Shown: positions 47,703 through 58,390 of the stretch, one piece after another
How positions within the stretch are numbered: the first letter of the stretch is position 1
Layout: each line of letters opens with the position of its first letter
Assembly: GCA_001768615.1 (NCBI GenBank)
Contig: MELE01000078.1
Span: 1-58,390 of the forward strand
Length of the DNA: 58,390 bases
Source of the DNA: Acidobacteria bacterium RIFCSPLOWO2_12_FULL_67_14b
GTDB taxonomy: Bacteria; Acidobacteriota; Vicinamibacteria; Vicinamibacterales; UBA2999
Direction of reading: 5' to 3'
The notes under the pieces: generated by a model
What the model was told of the DNA's origin: nothing
The model's database searches: none
Seen by the model: the letters and a program-made list of their open reading frames with translations, nothing else
Position numbers and translations under genes: made by a program

Positions 47703-48914
47703 GTGCTGGCATCGCTGATTTACGACTGGAACAAGATCGGCGCGCCGGCCCGGCCGCCGTGCGTGATGCTGGACGACGAGACGCTGCGCGACGGGCTGCA
47801 GTCGCCGTCGGTGCGCACGCCGACCATCGCGCAGAAGATCAAGATCCTGCACTGCATCGACCAGCTCGGGATCGACACGGCCGACATCGGCCTGCCCGGG
47901 GCCGGCCCCCATGTCGCGCAGGACGTCGAGCGGCTGGCGCGCGAGATCGTCGTCTCGAAGATGAAGGTGCGCGCGAACTGCGCGGCCCGCACGACCATCA
48001 ACGACATTCGCCCGATTGCCGAGATCACGCAGCGCACCGGCCTGCCGATCGAAGTCGGCGCGTTCATCGGCTCGTCGCCGATTCGCCAGTACACGGAAGG
48101 CTGGACGCTGGACTGGCTGTTGCGCAGCACCGACCAGGCCATTCGCTTCGCGGTGGCCGAAGGCCTCGACGTCATGTACGTGACCGAGGACACGACGCGC
48201 GCCGATCCGGAGACGCTGCGCCAGCTGTATGAGTGCGCGATCCGCGCCGGCGCCAAGCGCATCTGCCTCGCCGATACTGTCGGCCACGCCACGCCGTGGG
48301 GCGCCGCCGCCGTGGTTCGCTTCGCGGGACAGGTGATCCGCGACCTCGGCGCCGACGTCGGCATCGACTGGCACGGCCATCGCGATCGGGACCTCGCCAT
48401 CATCAACAGCATCTCGGCCATCGAGGCGGGGGCGAGCCGCGTGCACGGCGCCGCGCTCGGCATCGGCGAGCGGGTCGGCAACACGCCGATGGACCTGCTG
48501 CTCGTGAACCTCGTGGTGATGGGCTTCATCGAGCGCGACCTCACGCCGCTGATGGCGTACTGCGAGGCGGTGTCGCACGCGTGTGCGGTGCCGATTCCCG
48601 ACAATTATCCGGTGATCGGGAAAGACGCGTTCCGCACCGCCACCGGCGTGCACGCCGCGGCCGTCGCCAAGGCCTGGCGGAAGGGCGACCGCGAGCTGAT
48701 GGATGCGGTCTATTCCTCGATTCCCGCCAGCCTGGTGGGCCGCAAGCAGCAGATCGAGGTCGGACCGATGTCGGGCAAGTCCAACGTCGTGTTCTGGCTG
48801 GAGCAGCACGGGATTCCGCTCAGCGATCCGGTGGTCGATCGGGTGTTCGCCAAGGCGAAACAGTCGGCGACGGTGCTGACGGAAGCGGAGATTCTCGCCG
48901 AGGTCTACCGCTAA
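47703..48914 (+). CDS. LeuA-family DRE-TIM synthase (2-isopropylmalate/homocitrate synthase-like), no C-terminal regulatory domain
   Basis: DETLRDGLQ, EDTTR, LADTVG, WHGHRD, GIGERVGN, GVHAAA, GPMSGKSN. Confidence 0.82.
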   Translation: MLASLIYDWNKIGAPARPPCVMLDDETLRDGLQSPSVRTPTIAQKIKILHCIDQLGIDTADIGLPGAGPHVAQDVERLAREIVVSKMKVRANCAARTTINDIRPIAEITQRTGLPIEVGAFIGSSPIRQYTEGWTLDWLLRSTDQAIRFAVAEGLDVMYVTEDTTRADPETLRQLYECAIRAGAKRICLADTVGHATPWGAAAVVRFAGQVIRDLGADVGIDWHGHRDRDLAIINSISAIEAGASRVHGAALGIGERVGNTPMDLLLVNLVVMGFIERDLTPLMAYCEAVSHACAVPIPDNYPVIGKDAFRTATGVHAAAVAKAWRKGDRELMDAVYSSIPASLVGRKQQIEVGPMSGKSNVVFWLEQHGIPLSDPVVDRVFAKAKQSATVLTEAEILAEVYR

Positions 48915-48922
48915 ATGCATCG

Positions 48923-49005
48923 CACAGAAACACAGAAGCACGGAAACACAGAATCTTGTATTTCAAAACAGGAGTTCTGTGCTTCCGTGTTTCTGTGCTT
49001 CCGTG
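48923..49005. repeat. Inverted octamer arrays (CACAGAAA/CACGGAAG x4 per arm) between convergent genes
   Basis: 48923-48953 pairs with 48975-49005; possible bidirectional terminator. Confidence 0.85.
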
Positions 49006-49015
49006 TATGTATTTG

Positions 49016-49906
49016 CTAGTTCTTCAGCAGCCGCTGCTCGATCTCCGGCAGCGCCGCCACCACCACATCGCCGACGATTTGCAGGCTGCGCGCGGCGACG
49101 TTGTCGAGCGTGTCCTGCGCCGTGTGCCAGGCGGCGTAGTCGAGGTCGATCAGGTCCACCGCCGCCACGCCGGCCTTGAGGAACGGGACGTGATCGTCTT
49201 CGATGGGCGTCTGCTCGTCGAGGAAAGCCGCCCCGTGGCCGAGGCGCTTCGCGGTGTTCCAGATGATGTCGGTGAGCCACGGCGTCGAGTTGGTCTCGCG
49301 ACGGATGGTCAGCTGCCGATCGCCGATCATGTCCAGCAGGATCAGCGCCCGCAGGGACTTCAGCGTGCCGGCCCTGGTGGCGGCCTGGACGTAATGCCGG
49401 CTGCCGTAGGTGTTGTCGGTGCCCTGCCATTCGCCGACGGCTTCCTCGCCGTCGAGGAACAGCAGCTCCACCGTGAACGGCCGCTTCGGCCTGGCCTTGA
49501 TCACGCGGCCCAGCTCCAGCAGCGCCGCGGTGCTCGAGGCGCCGTCGCTGGCGCCGACGAAGCGGAACTCGCGAAACAGCTTGGTGTCGAAGTGGCTGGC
49601 GATCACGATGCGGTCGGGACGCTCGCCGGGGATGGTGGCCACGAGGTTCACCATCTTGATCGGGCCGATCGGCGTCAGGCCGTCGAACCCCTGCTCGACC
49701 GTCTTGATCCCGAAGCCCGCCAGCGTGGTCGTGATGTACTGGCGGGTCTTCGCGTTCGCCCCGGATCCCGACGGGCGCGGGCCGATCGCCACCTGCTGGC
49801 GCAGGTGCTCATAGGCCTTCGAGCTGTCGAACGCGGCCGGCGCCTGCGCCCACACACCGGCCGTCGCGAGGCACCCGCCAATCACCAACTGCGCCAATCG
49901 ATTCAC
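49016..49906 (-). CDS. M28 family peptidase / glutaminyl cyclase-like exported protein
   Basis: GPRPSGS, ASHFDTK, GASDGASS, DGEE, LLDMIGD, DDHVPF, WHT..D. Confidence 0.85.
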   Translation of the reverse strand: MNRLAQLVIGGCLATAGVWAQAPAAFDSSKAYEHLRQQVAIGPRPSGSGANAKTRQYITTTLAGFGIKTVEQGFDGLTPIGPIKMVNLVATIPGERPDRIVIASHFDTKLFREFRFVGASDGASSTAALLELGRVIKARPKRPFTVELLFLDGEEAVGEWQGTDNTYGSRHYVQAATRAGTLKSLRALILLDMIGDRQLTIRRETNSTPWLTDIIWNTAKRLGHGAAFLDEQTPIEDDHVPFLKAGVAAVDLIDLDYAAWHTAQDTLDNVAARSLQIVGDVVVAALPEIEQRLLKN

Positions 49907-49916
49907 GCCACCACCC

Positions 49917-49971
49917 AATCGACAATCACCAAACAATCACTCAATCCCTCAATCGCCAATCGCCAATCGAC
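49917..49971. repeat. Degenerate CAATC-based heptamer/octamer array
   Basis: caatcga caatcac ... caatccct caatcgc caatcgc caatcga. Confidence 0.7.
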
Positions 49972-49985
49972 CTTGCCATGGTCCC

Positions 49986-51269
<1,284 letters not shown>

Positions 51270-51312
51270 AGGATGATCCCACTGATTCTAGATCACCCGT
51301 CGGCGGGAGTCA

Positions 51313-51992
51313 CTATTCGACGGCGGGTTCGGCACCCTGGTGCCGGACGTCCCGGGCCGAGAGGATGAAGATCACGTCTTCGGCGACGTTGGTGGCGTGG
51401 TCGCCAATGCGCTCCAGGTGCCGGGAAATCAGGATCAGATCCAGGGCCGGCTCGATGGTCGTCGGATCCTGGAGCATGTAGGTCAGCAACTCGCGGAAGA
51501 TCTGCGACTTCAGGGCGTCCAGCGTGTCGTCCTGCACCAGCACGGCCTCGGCCAGCGCCACGTCGCCCCGCACGAACGCGTCCAGCGCGTCGCGCAGCAT
51601 CGTCTGCGCCAGGTCGCCCATGCGGGGGATGTCGATGAGCGGCTTGACCGGCGCGTGGCGCAGGTAGCGCTTGCCGGCCTCGCCGATGTTCACGGCGAGA
51701 TCGCCCACGCGCTCGAGGTCGGTGTTGATCTTGACGGCGGCCACGATCACGCGCAAGTCCGCCGCCATCGGCTGGTGGAGCGCCAGCAGCTTGAAGCAGC
51801 GGTCGTCGACCTCGATGTGCAAATCGTTGATCGGCTGGTCGCCGGCCAGCACCGCGTCGAGCGCCGCGGGGTCGCGGTCCATCAGGCCACGCACCACCTC
51901 GCGCACGCGCTCTTCGGCCAGGCCGCCCATGGCCAGCAGCCGTTCCTTCAGCACGTCGAGCTCCTCCTGGAAGTGCCGGACCACGCGTTCCA

Positions 51993-51993
<1 letters not shown>
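51313..51993 (-). CDS. phoU: Phosphate signalling protein PhoU
   Basis: QPMAADLR, DLERVGDLAVNI, HLERIGDHATNVAE. Confidence 0.95.
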
Positions 51994-52831
<838 letters not shown>

Positions 52832-52835
<4 letters not shown>

Positions 52836-53674
52836 GCGCGGCCCCGGCGCTGAAAGCGATCCCGGACCACGATCGCGACGGCGTTCATACTCACCAACAG
52901 CACCAATAGTACAAGGATCCCGGCCGCGGCATTCACCTTGAATTCGGGCTGAGGCCGCGACACCCAATTGAAGATCTGGATGGGCAGCACCGTGAACTTG
53001 GACCAGATGCCGTCGGGCGCGAACGGAATGTAGGTGAGCGCGCCGATCGCGATCAGGGGAGCCGTCTCCCCGATGGCCCGCGACAGCGACAGGATGAGCC
53101 CCGTGAGGATCCCGGGCAGCGCCATCGGCAACACCTGGTTCCAGATGGTCTGCCACTTGGTGGCGCCGAGCGCGTAGGAGCCTTCGCGAATGGTGCTCGG
53201 CACGGTCCGCAGCGCTTCGCGCGTCGAGAGGATCACGACCGGCAACGCCAGCAGCGCGAGCGTGCTGGCGCCGGCCATCACGCTTTGCCCCATCCCCAGG
53301 AATCGCACGAACAGCCCCAGCCCGAGCAGGCCGTAGATGATGGAGGGCACCGCCGCCAGGTTGGCGATGTTGAGCTCGATGAACCGGGCCAGGCGGCTCC
53401 GCGTGCCGTACTCCTCGAGGTACACCGCCGCGGCCACGCCGATAGGCAGGGCGAGCGCCCCGGTGAGCAGGATCACCCAGATGCTGCCCATCAACGCGTG
53501 ATAGACCCCCGCTTCTTCGGGGTGCCGCGACGCGATGTTCGTGAGGAACTGCCAGCTGAGGCGCGAGCCGCCGTCCGCGACGATGTCGAACACGAGCACG
53601 GCGAGCGCGACCAGCGCGATCACCAGCGCGGCGAGCGATACGGCATGGAAGAGGAGGTCGGCCTGCTTCCTCAT
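52832..53674 (-). CDS. pstA: Phosphate ABC transporter permease
   Basis: [33 protein letters not shown]. Confidence 0.93.
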
Positions 53675-54552
53675 ACGTACTCCTCGCGGAAGCGTTCGCG
53701 CAGCCACGTGCTGATCAGGTTCAGTCCGAACGTCATCAGGAAGAGCAGCATGCCCACCGCGAAGATCGTCCGGTACTCGATCGTCCCCTGCGGCGTGTCG
53801 CCGAGGCTGACCTGCACGATGTAGGCGGTCATGGTTTCGATCGGCACGAACGGGTTGCCGGTCAGCCGCGGCTGCTGGCCGGCGGCGATGGCGACGATCA
53901 TCGTTTCGCCGATCGCCCGCGACACCGCGAGGATGAAGGCGGCCGTGATGCCCGAAAACGCCGCCGGCACCACCACCTTCAGCGCGGTTTGCATCCGGGT
54001 GGCGCCCAGCGCGTACGACCCTTCACGCAGGCCCCGCGGCACCGCCTGCATCGCGTCTTCCGACAGCGACGACACGAGCGGCATGATCATGAGGCCCATG
54101 ACCAGGCCGGGGCTGAGCGCGTTGAACCCCGACAGCGTCGGCAGCACCTGCTGCAACAGGGGGGTGACAAATGTCAGCGCGAAGTAGCCGTAGACCACGG
54201 TGGGGACGCCGGCCAGGATCTCGAGTACGGGCTTGACGACGCGGCGCACGCCGTCCGGCGCGTACTCGCTCAGGTACACCGCGGCGAGCAGGCCCATCGG
54301 CAGCGCCACCACCATGGCGATGGACGACACCAGCACGGTCCCGACGATCAGGGGCAGGACGCCGAACTGCCGGTTGGAGAACAGGGGCGTCCACTCGGTG
54401 CCGGTGAGAAAGTCCCACACCGGCACTTCACGCAGGAACTCGAACGTCTCGAGGGCCAGCACGCCGATGATGCCGGCGGTGGTGAGCACCGAGAGCAGGG
54501 CGCACAGGAACAGCATGCGCTCGACAATCCATTCGAGCGTCCTCGTGGACAT
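53671..54552 (-). CDS. pstC: Phosphate ABC transporter permease
   Basis: [31 protein letters not shown]. Confidence 0.93.
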   Translation of the reverse strand: MSTRTLEWIVERMLFLCALLSVLTTAGIIGVLALETFEFLREVPVWDFLTGTEWTPLFSNRQFGVLPLIVGTVLVSSIAMVVALPMGLLAAVYLSEYAPDGVRRVVKPVLEILAGVPTVVYGYFALTFVTPLLQQVLPTLSGFNALSPGLVMGLMIMPLVSSLSEDAMQAVPRGLREGSYALGATRMQTALKVVVPAAFSGITAAFILAVSRAIGETMIVAIAAGQQPRLTGNPFVPIETMTAYIVQVSLGDTPQGTIEYRTIFAVGMLLFLMTFGLNLISTWLRERFREEYV

Positions 54553-54564
54553 CCGTCGGCCGCG

Positions 54565-55608
54565 CTACCGCGCGCGTTCCTTGCTGAGCAACTGGTCGAT
54601 GGTCACGCCGATCGTGTTCGCGCCGGAAAACACGGAACCGCCCGTGCGCGTGGCGAAGCGATCGGCCACCAGCTGGTACGCCGCGCCGCCCAGGCCCACG
54701 TAGTTCACCTCGCGCGCAAGCTCGTCGGCGTTCTTCACGTAGAACTCGACAAACCGTTGGACTTCCGGACGCTCCGCGGCGGTCCTCGAGACGTAGATGA
54801 AGATCGGCCGCGACAGCGGCTGGTAGGTCCCGTTGCGAATGGTCTCCGCGCCCGGCGCGATGGGTCCCGCGCCGTTGTCGGGCTTCTCGTCGTCGACCGG
54901 CACCAGCTTCAGGCGCGACGCGTTCTCTTCGTAATAGGCGAACGGAAGGAAGCCGAGCGCGAGCTCGTCGCTGCTGATGCCCTGCACGAGCACGTTGTCG
55001 TCTTCGCTCGACGTGAAGTCGCCGCGGCTGGCCTTCGCTTTCCCGGTGATCGCCTCGGTGAAATAGTCGAAGGTACCGGAGTCGACGCCGGCACCAAAAA
55101 GATGAATCTCCCGGTTGGGCCAGGCCGGCCGCACCTGGTTCCACGTCTTGACCTTGCCCTGGGCGTCCGGTGCCCAGAGCGTCTTCAACTCGGCGACGGT
55201 GATCTTGTCCGCCCAGTCCGCCTTCGGATTCGTGGCGATCGCGATGCCGTCGTAGGCGACCGGCAACTCGATGTACTCGACGCCCGCCTTGCCGCAGGCC
55301 TCGACTTCCGAGGCGCTGATCGGCCGCGAGGCGTCGCTGATGTCGATCTCGGCGCGGCAGAACTTCTGGAAGCCCCCGCCCGTACCGGAGATGCCGACCG
55401 TCACGCGCATGTTCGGGTTGGACTTCTGGAATTCTTCCGCGACGGCTTCGCTGAGAGGAAAGACCGTGCTGGACCCGTCCAGTGACACGAGCGCCGGGCC
55501 CGAAGAGCCGGTCCCGCCGGAGGATGAGCCTCCGCCGCAGGCAGCGAACGTGACCGCCAGCGCGGCTATGGGCGCGAGCGAAGCGAGTCGAATGGGTAAC
55601 AGCAACAT
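54565..55608 (-). CDS. pstS: Phosphate-binding lipoprotein
   Basis: Lipobox-like FAAC; [33 protein letters not shown]. Confidence 0.93.
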   Translation of the reverse strand: MLLLPIRLASLAPIAALAVTFAACGGGSSSGGTGSSGPALVSLDGSSTVFPLSEAVAEEFQKSNPNMRVTVGISGTGGGFQKFCRAEIDISDASRPISASEVEACGKAGVEYIELPVAYDGIAIATNPKADWADKITVAELKTLWAPDAQGKVKTWNQVRPAWPNREIHLFGAGVDSGTFDYFTEAITGKAKASRGDFTSSEDDNVLVQGISSDELALGFLPFAYYEENASRLKLVPVDDEKPDNGAGPIAPGAETIRNGTYQPLSRPIFIYVSRTAAERPEVQRFVEFYVKNADELAREVNYVGLGGAAYQLVADRFATRTGGSVFSGANTIGVTIDQLLSKERAR

Positions 55609-55625
55609 GCTGTCAGCGTATTCGG

Positions 55626-55669
55626 CGGGGGTTTCGCGGCAGTTTCTTGCGTGTTAATTCGGCGTTAAC
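55626..55669 (-). promoter_or_regulatory. Pho-box-like direct repeats (4 x 11 bp) upstream of pstS
   Basis: On the minus strand: GTTAACgccga ATTAACacgca AGAAACtgccg CGAAACccccg, exact 11-bp period. Confidence 0.55.
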
Positions 55670-57276
55670 GCCTTTCGAGCCCGCGGCGCGGATCCCGGAG
55701 CCCGAATCCCGGAGCCCGGAGCCCGGAGCCCGGCTCTCTTTCTGTAAGGCACTTTCTCCATGCGGATCTTGCGATCGAGCGCTTCTTCCAGCGCTTCAGC
55801 TTGCCGGTGCGCCGCCCAGAGTTCCAGCTCGGCATCACCGACCGCCTGGACCTTGATCCGGAGCTGGCCGAGCCGCTCGCGCACCTCGAGGCCCTTGACC
55901 ACGCCGTGGCGGCTGCGGTCGAGCGTTTCGGCGAGGCGCAGGAACGCCGACAGCACCTCGACCGTCTTGCGGGACCCTTTGCCGAGATCCTTCATCAGGT
56001 CGTCTTCGTCCTTCGGCGTCGCGCGGCGATGGTAGCGCGCCAGCAGGGCCACGATTTCGATCTCTGCCGGTTCGAAGCCGCGCAGGTCGCCGTTCTTGAT
56101 CAGGTAGTAAGAGTGCCGATGGTGGCCCTTGTAGCTGATGTGGTTGCCGATGTCGTGCAGGAACGAGCCGAACTCGAGCCACTCCCGTTCCTTGTCGCCG
56201 AGCCCGTGCACGCGCCTGGTCTGATCGAACAGCGCCAGGGCGAGGCTGGCGACCTGCCGCGAGTGCTCGGCCTCCCAGCTGCAGCGCTCGGCAAGTTCGA
56301 CCACCGACCGGCGACGGACGTCGGGGTAGCGATCGACGCGCGCGATGTCGCGGCGATGGCGATGGATGTAATCGAGCACGACGCCCTCACGCAGCGCCAG
56401 GTCGCAGAGCGTGATCTCGTCGGCGTCGAGCTTTCTGAGCAGCGCATCCAGCAGCACCGCGCCGGCCACCATCAGGTCCGCGCGCCGCGGATCCTGCCCC
56501 GGCATGTGGATCCGGTCTTCGAGGTCCAGCTCGACGGCCATCTTGCGCACCCGCCGCACGCTCTTCGCCGGCACGCGGAGATTGCGGACTTCCTCCGGCG
56601 CCGTGCCGCGCTCGATCGCGGTCGCGACGACGCCGAGCGACAGGATGGTGCCCGAGGTGCCGATCACGCGATCGAACCCGGCCTCGATGATGTGCTCGAG
56701 GTACCGATCGACCTGCTCGCCGATGAACTTCGTCATCTTGCGTTCGTCACGATTACTGATCGGGTCGGAGCTGACGAAGCGCTCGGTGAGGCGGATCACG
56801 CCGATCTTGAAGCTCCGGGCGAACTTCACTTCGCGGCCGCTGCCGAGCGTGATCTCGACGCTGCCGCCGCCGATGTCGACGACCACGGCCGGCTTCGGCG
56901 TGTCGACGCCGTAGACCGCGGCCAGGTGGATGAGCCGCGCCTCTTCGGTGCCGGTGATGATGCGCGGGCGCACGCCCGTCTTGCGCTCGATCGCCTTGAG
57001 AAACGCGCCGCCGTTTTCGGCTTCCCGCGTGGCGCTCGTGGCGACGGCGAGAATCTCGTCCACCTGGTGGGACTTGGCCAGACGCTCGAATTTCGACAGC
57101 GCTTGCAGCGCCGCCGTCATCGCCTCGCGCGTCAGCTTCTTGCCGTCGAGTCCGCCGGCCCCGAGCCGGACCATTTCCTTTTCGCGATCGACCACTTCGA
57201 ACGAAAAGTCAGGCCGGACCTGGACCACGATCATGTGGACCGAATTGGTACCGATGTCGATGGCGGCGAGGCGCAT
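55654..57276 (-). CDS. ppx: Exopolyphosphatase Ppx/GppA with HD domain
   Basis: [40 protein letters not shown]. Confidence 0.93.
   Translation of the reverse strand: MRLAAIDIGTNSVHMIVVQVRPDFSFEVVDREKEMVRLGAGGLDGKKLTREAMTAALQALSKFERLAKSHQVDEILAVATSATREAENGGAFLKAIERKTGVRPRIITGTEEARLIHLAAVYGVDTPKPAVVVDIGGGSVEITLGSGREVKFARSFKIGVIRLTERFVSSDPISNRDERKMTKFIGEQVDRYLEHIIEAGFDRVIGTSGTILSLGVVATAIERGTAPEEVRNLRVPAKSVRRVRKMAVELDLEDRIHMPGQDPRRADLMVAGAVLLDALLRKLDADEITLCDLALREGVVLDYIHRHRRDIARVDRYPDVRRRSVVELAERCSWEAEHSRQVASLALALFDQTRRVHGLGDKEREWLEFGSFLHDIGNHISYKGHHRHSYYLIKNGDLRGFEPAEIEIVALLARYHRRATPKDEDDLMKDLGKGSRKTVEVLSAFLRLAETLDRSRHGVVKGLEVRERLGQLRIKVQAVGDAELELWAAHRQAEALEEALDRKIRMEKVPYRKRAGLRAPGSGIRAPGSAPRARKALTPN
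55677..55733. repeat. Heptamer array GAGCCCG/GATCCCG x~8 within the ppx 3' end
   Basis: Seen directly; translated as a low-complexity tail. Confidence 0.75.
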
Positions 57277-57309
57277 GGGGCAGGCCGTCGCGGGATTCGC
57301 CGCGCCGGG

Positions 57310-57315
57310 TATAAT
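57310..57315 (+). promoter_or_regulatory. Consensus -10 box TATAAT for CHAD-sixA
   Basis: AT-rich patch in the 56-bp divergent intergenic region. Confidence 0.5.
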
Positions 57316-57332
57316 TGGAAACTCATCCTAGC

Positions 57333-58226
57333 ATGGAGCGCTCGGCCCTCTCTGTCGCCCTTCTCCGTCAGCGGCTCGTGTCGTTGCTCAACGCCATGCC
57401 GGCCGCGCAGGCGGGGGATGAAACCTCGGTGCATCTGGCGCGGGTGGCATCGCGCCGGCTGCGCTCGGCCCTGCCCGTGCTCGGCGCCAGCGCCGACGAG
57501 GACACGCTCGACCGTGCGGAGCGCCGCGTGAGGCGCATTACGCGCGCGCTCGGCCCGGTGCGCGAGCTCGACGTTACATTGTTGTTACTTGCCGAGCTCG
57601 AAGGGAAAGGCGCCGCCGTGCCGCGGGCGATCGCCCGCGTGCGCGCCGTCGTCACGGCGGAACGGCAAGCCAGGCGCCGCGACATGCTCGACGAGATCAC
57701 CCCGTCGCGGCTCAACAAGCTCTGCAAGCGGCTGGTCAAGGTGGCGGCGCCCGATTCCCTCCCGGGGGCGCAGGCCGACGGGCTGGCCGAGGCGATCCAG
57801 CAGGCTGGCGCGCGCGCGCGCAAGCTGCGCGCCGCCATCGAATACGCCGGTGGGATCTACCTGGCCGATCGGCTGCATCGCGTGCGCATAGCCGCCAAGA
57901 AGCTTCGCTATTGCCTCGAGCTCCAGCGTGAGCTCACGCACTCGCGCGCGACCGCGCGGCTCAACCGCCTGAGGACGCAACAGGACTTGCTGGGCCGCAT
58001 GCACGACCTGGAAATCCTGATCGACCGCACGCGCGGCGTGCAGGAAGCGCTCCCCGCCAAGGACCGCCGCGGCATGGCGGAACTCGATGCCCTGGTTCGC
58101 GTCCTCGAAGACGAGTGCCGCGAGGGTCATGCCGCCTACATGCGCGCGCGCCCGTCGCTGCTGAAACTGTGCGACAGCGTCATCGAGGCCGCCGCCGCCG
58201 CCGCCCGGCCCACCGCAGCGGCGTGA
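57333..58226 (+). CDS. CHAD domain (polyphosphate-binding) protein
   Basis: VHLARVASRRLR, LGPVRELDV, LHRVRIAAKKLRY..E, QDLLGRMHD. Confidence 0.9.
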   Translation: MERSALSVALLRQRLVSLLNAMPAAQAGDETSVHLARVASRRLRSALPVLGASADEDTLDRAERRVRRITRALGPVRELDVTLLLLAELEGKGAAVPRAIARVRAVVTAERQARRRDMLDEITPSRLNKLCKRLVKVAAPDSLPGAQADGLAEAIQQAGARARKLRAAIEYAGGIYLADRLHRVRIAAKKLRYCLELQRELTHSRATARLNRLRTQQDLLGRMHDLEILIDRTRGVQEALPAKDRRGMAELDALVRVLEDECREGHAAYMRARPSLLKLCDSVIEAAAAAARPTAAA

Positions 58227-58230
58227 TCCC

Positions 58231-58390
58231 ATGGCCGCCATCATCGAGCTGTATCTCGTGCGCCACGCCATCGCCGCCGAACGCGGCCCGAAGTACCCGG
58301 ACGACCGCCTGCGGCCGCTGACGCCCGAGGGCGTGAAGCGGTTCCGCGAAGGGGTACAGGGCCTGGCCGCTTTCGACGTGGCGATCGACC
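58231..58390 (+). CDS. sixA: Phosphohistidine phosphatase SixA (partial)
   Basis: MAAIIELYLVRHAIA...DRLRPLTPEG; sits in the usual ppx/CHAD context. Confidence 0.8.
   Translation, partial: MAAIIELYLVRHAIAAERGPKYPDDRLRPLTPEGVKRFREGVQGLAAFDVAID

Overview
High-GC bacterial chromosome segment, most likely Acidobacteriota (Vicinamibacteria-like). This is inferred from the tandem acidobacterial VWA proteins, the gene context and the intergenic repeat style. It holds about 50 densely packed genes, mostly housekeeping or envelope functions: carD, plsC, rex, moaC, lepB, a LytS/LytTR pair, an orphan nuoI, yitJ, gltA, pstSCAB-phoU, ppx, CHAD and sixA. I saw no rRNA, tRNA, CRISPR array or intact transposase. 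Main points of interest: (1) an 8-gene, ~14 kb operon (TPR-gluzincin peptidase, DUF4159, MoxR, three VWA proteins, a 1148 aa coiled-coil protein and a Cys-less caspase-fold protein) of unknown function; (2) a HemN-like radical SAM enzyme, flavin halogenase-like enzyme and thioesterase cassette; (3) a lone KSalpha/FabF-like ketosynthase sitting with tailoring genes that normally accompany type III PKSs; (4) palindromic REP-like elements inserted in frame inside three proteins; (5) four gene remnants that look produced by internal deletions; (6) many 7-9 bp tandem/inverted repeats at gene junctions; (7) widespread leaderless-type promoters, including an 18 bp bidirectional one, and a Pho-box-like array. 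All product calls come from motif recognition by eye; no database search was run.
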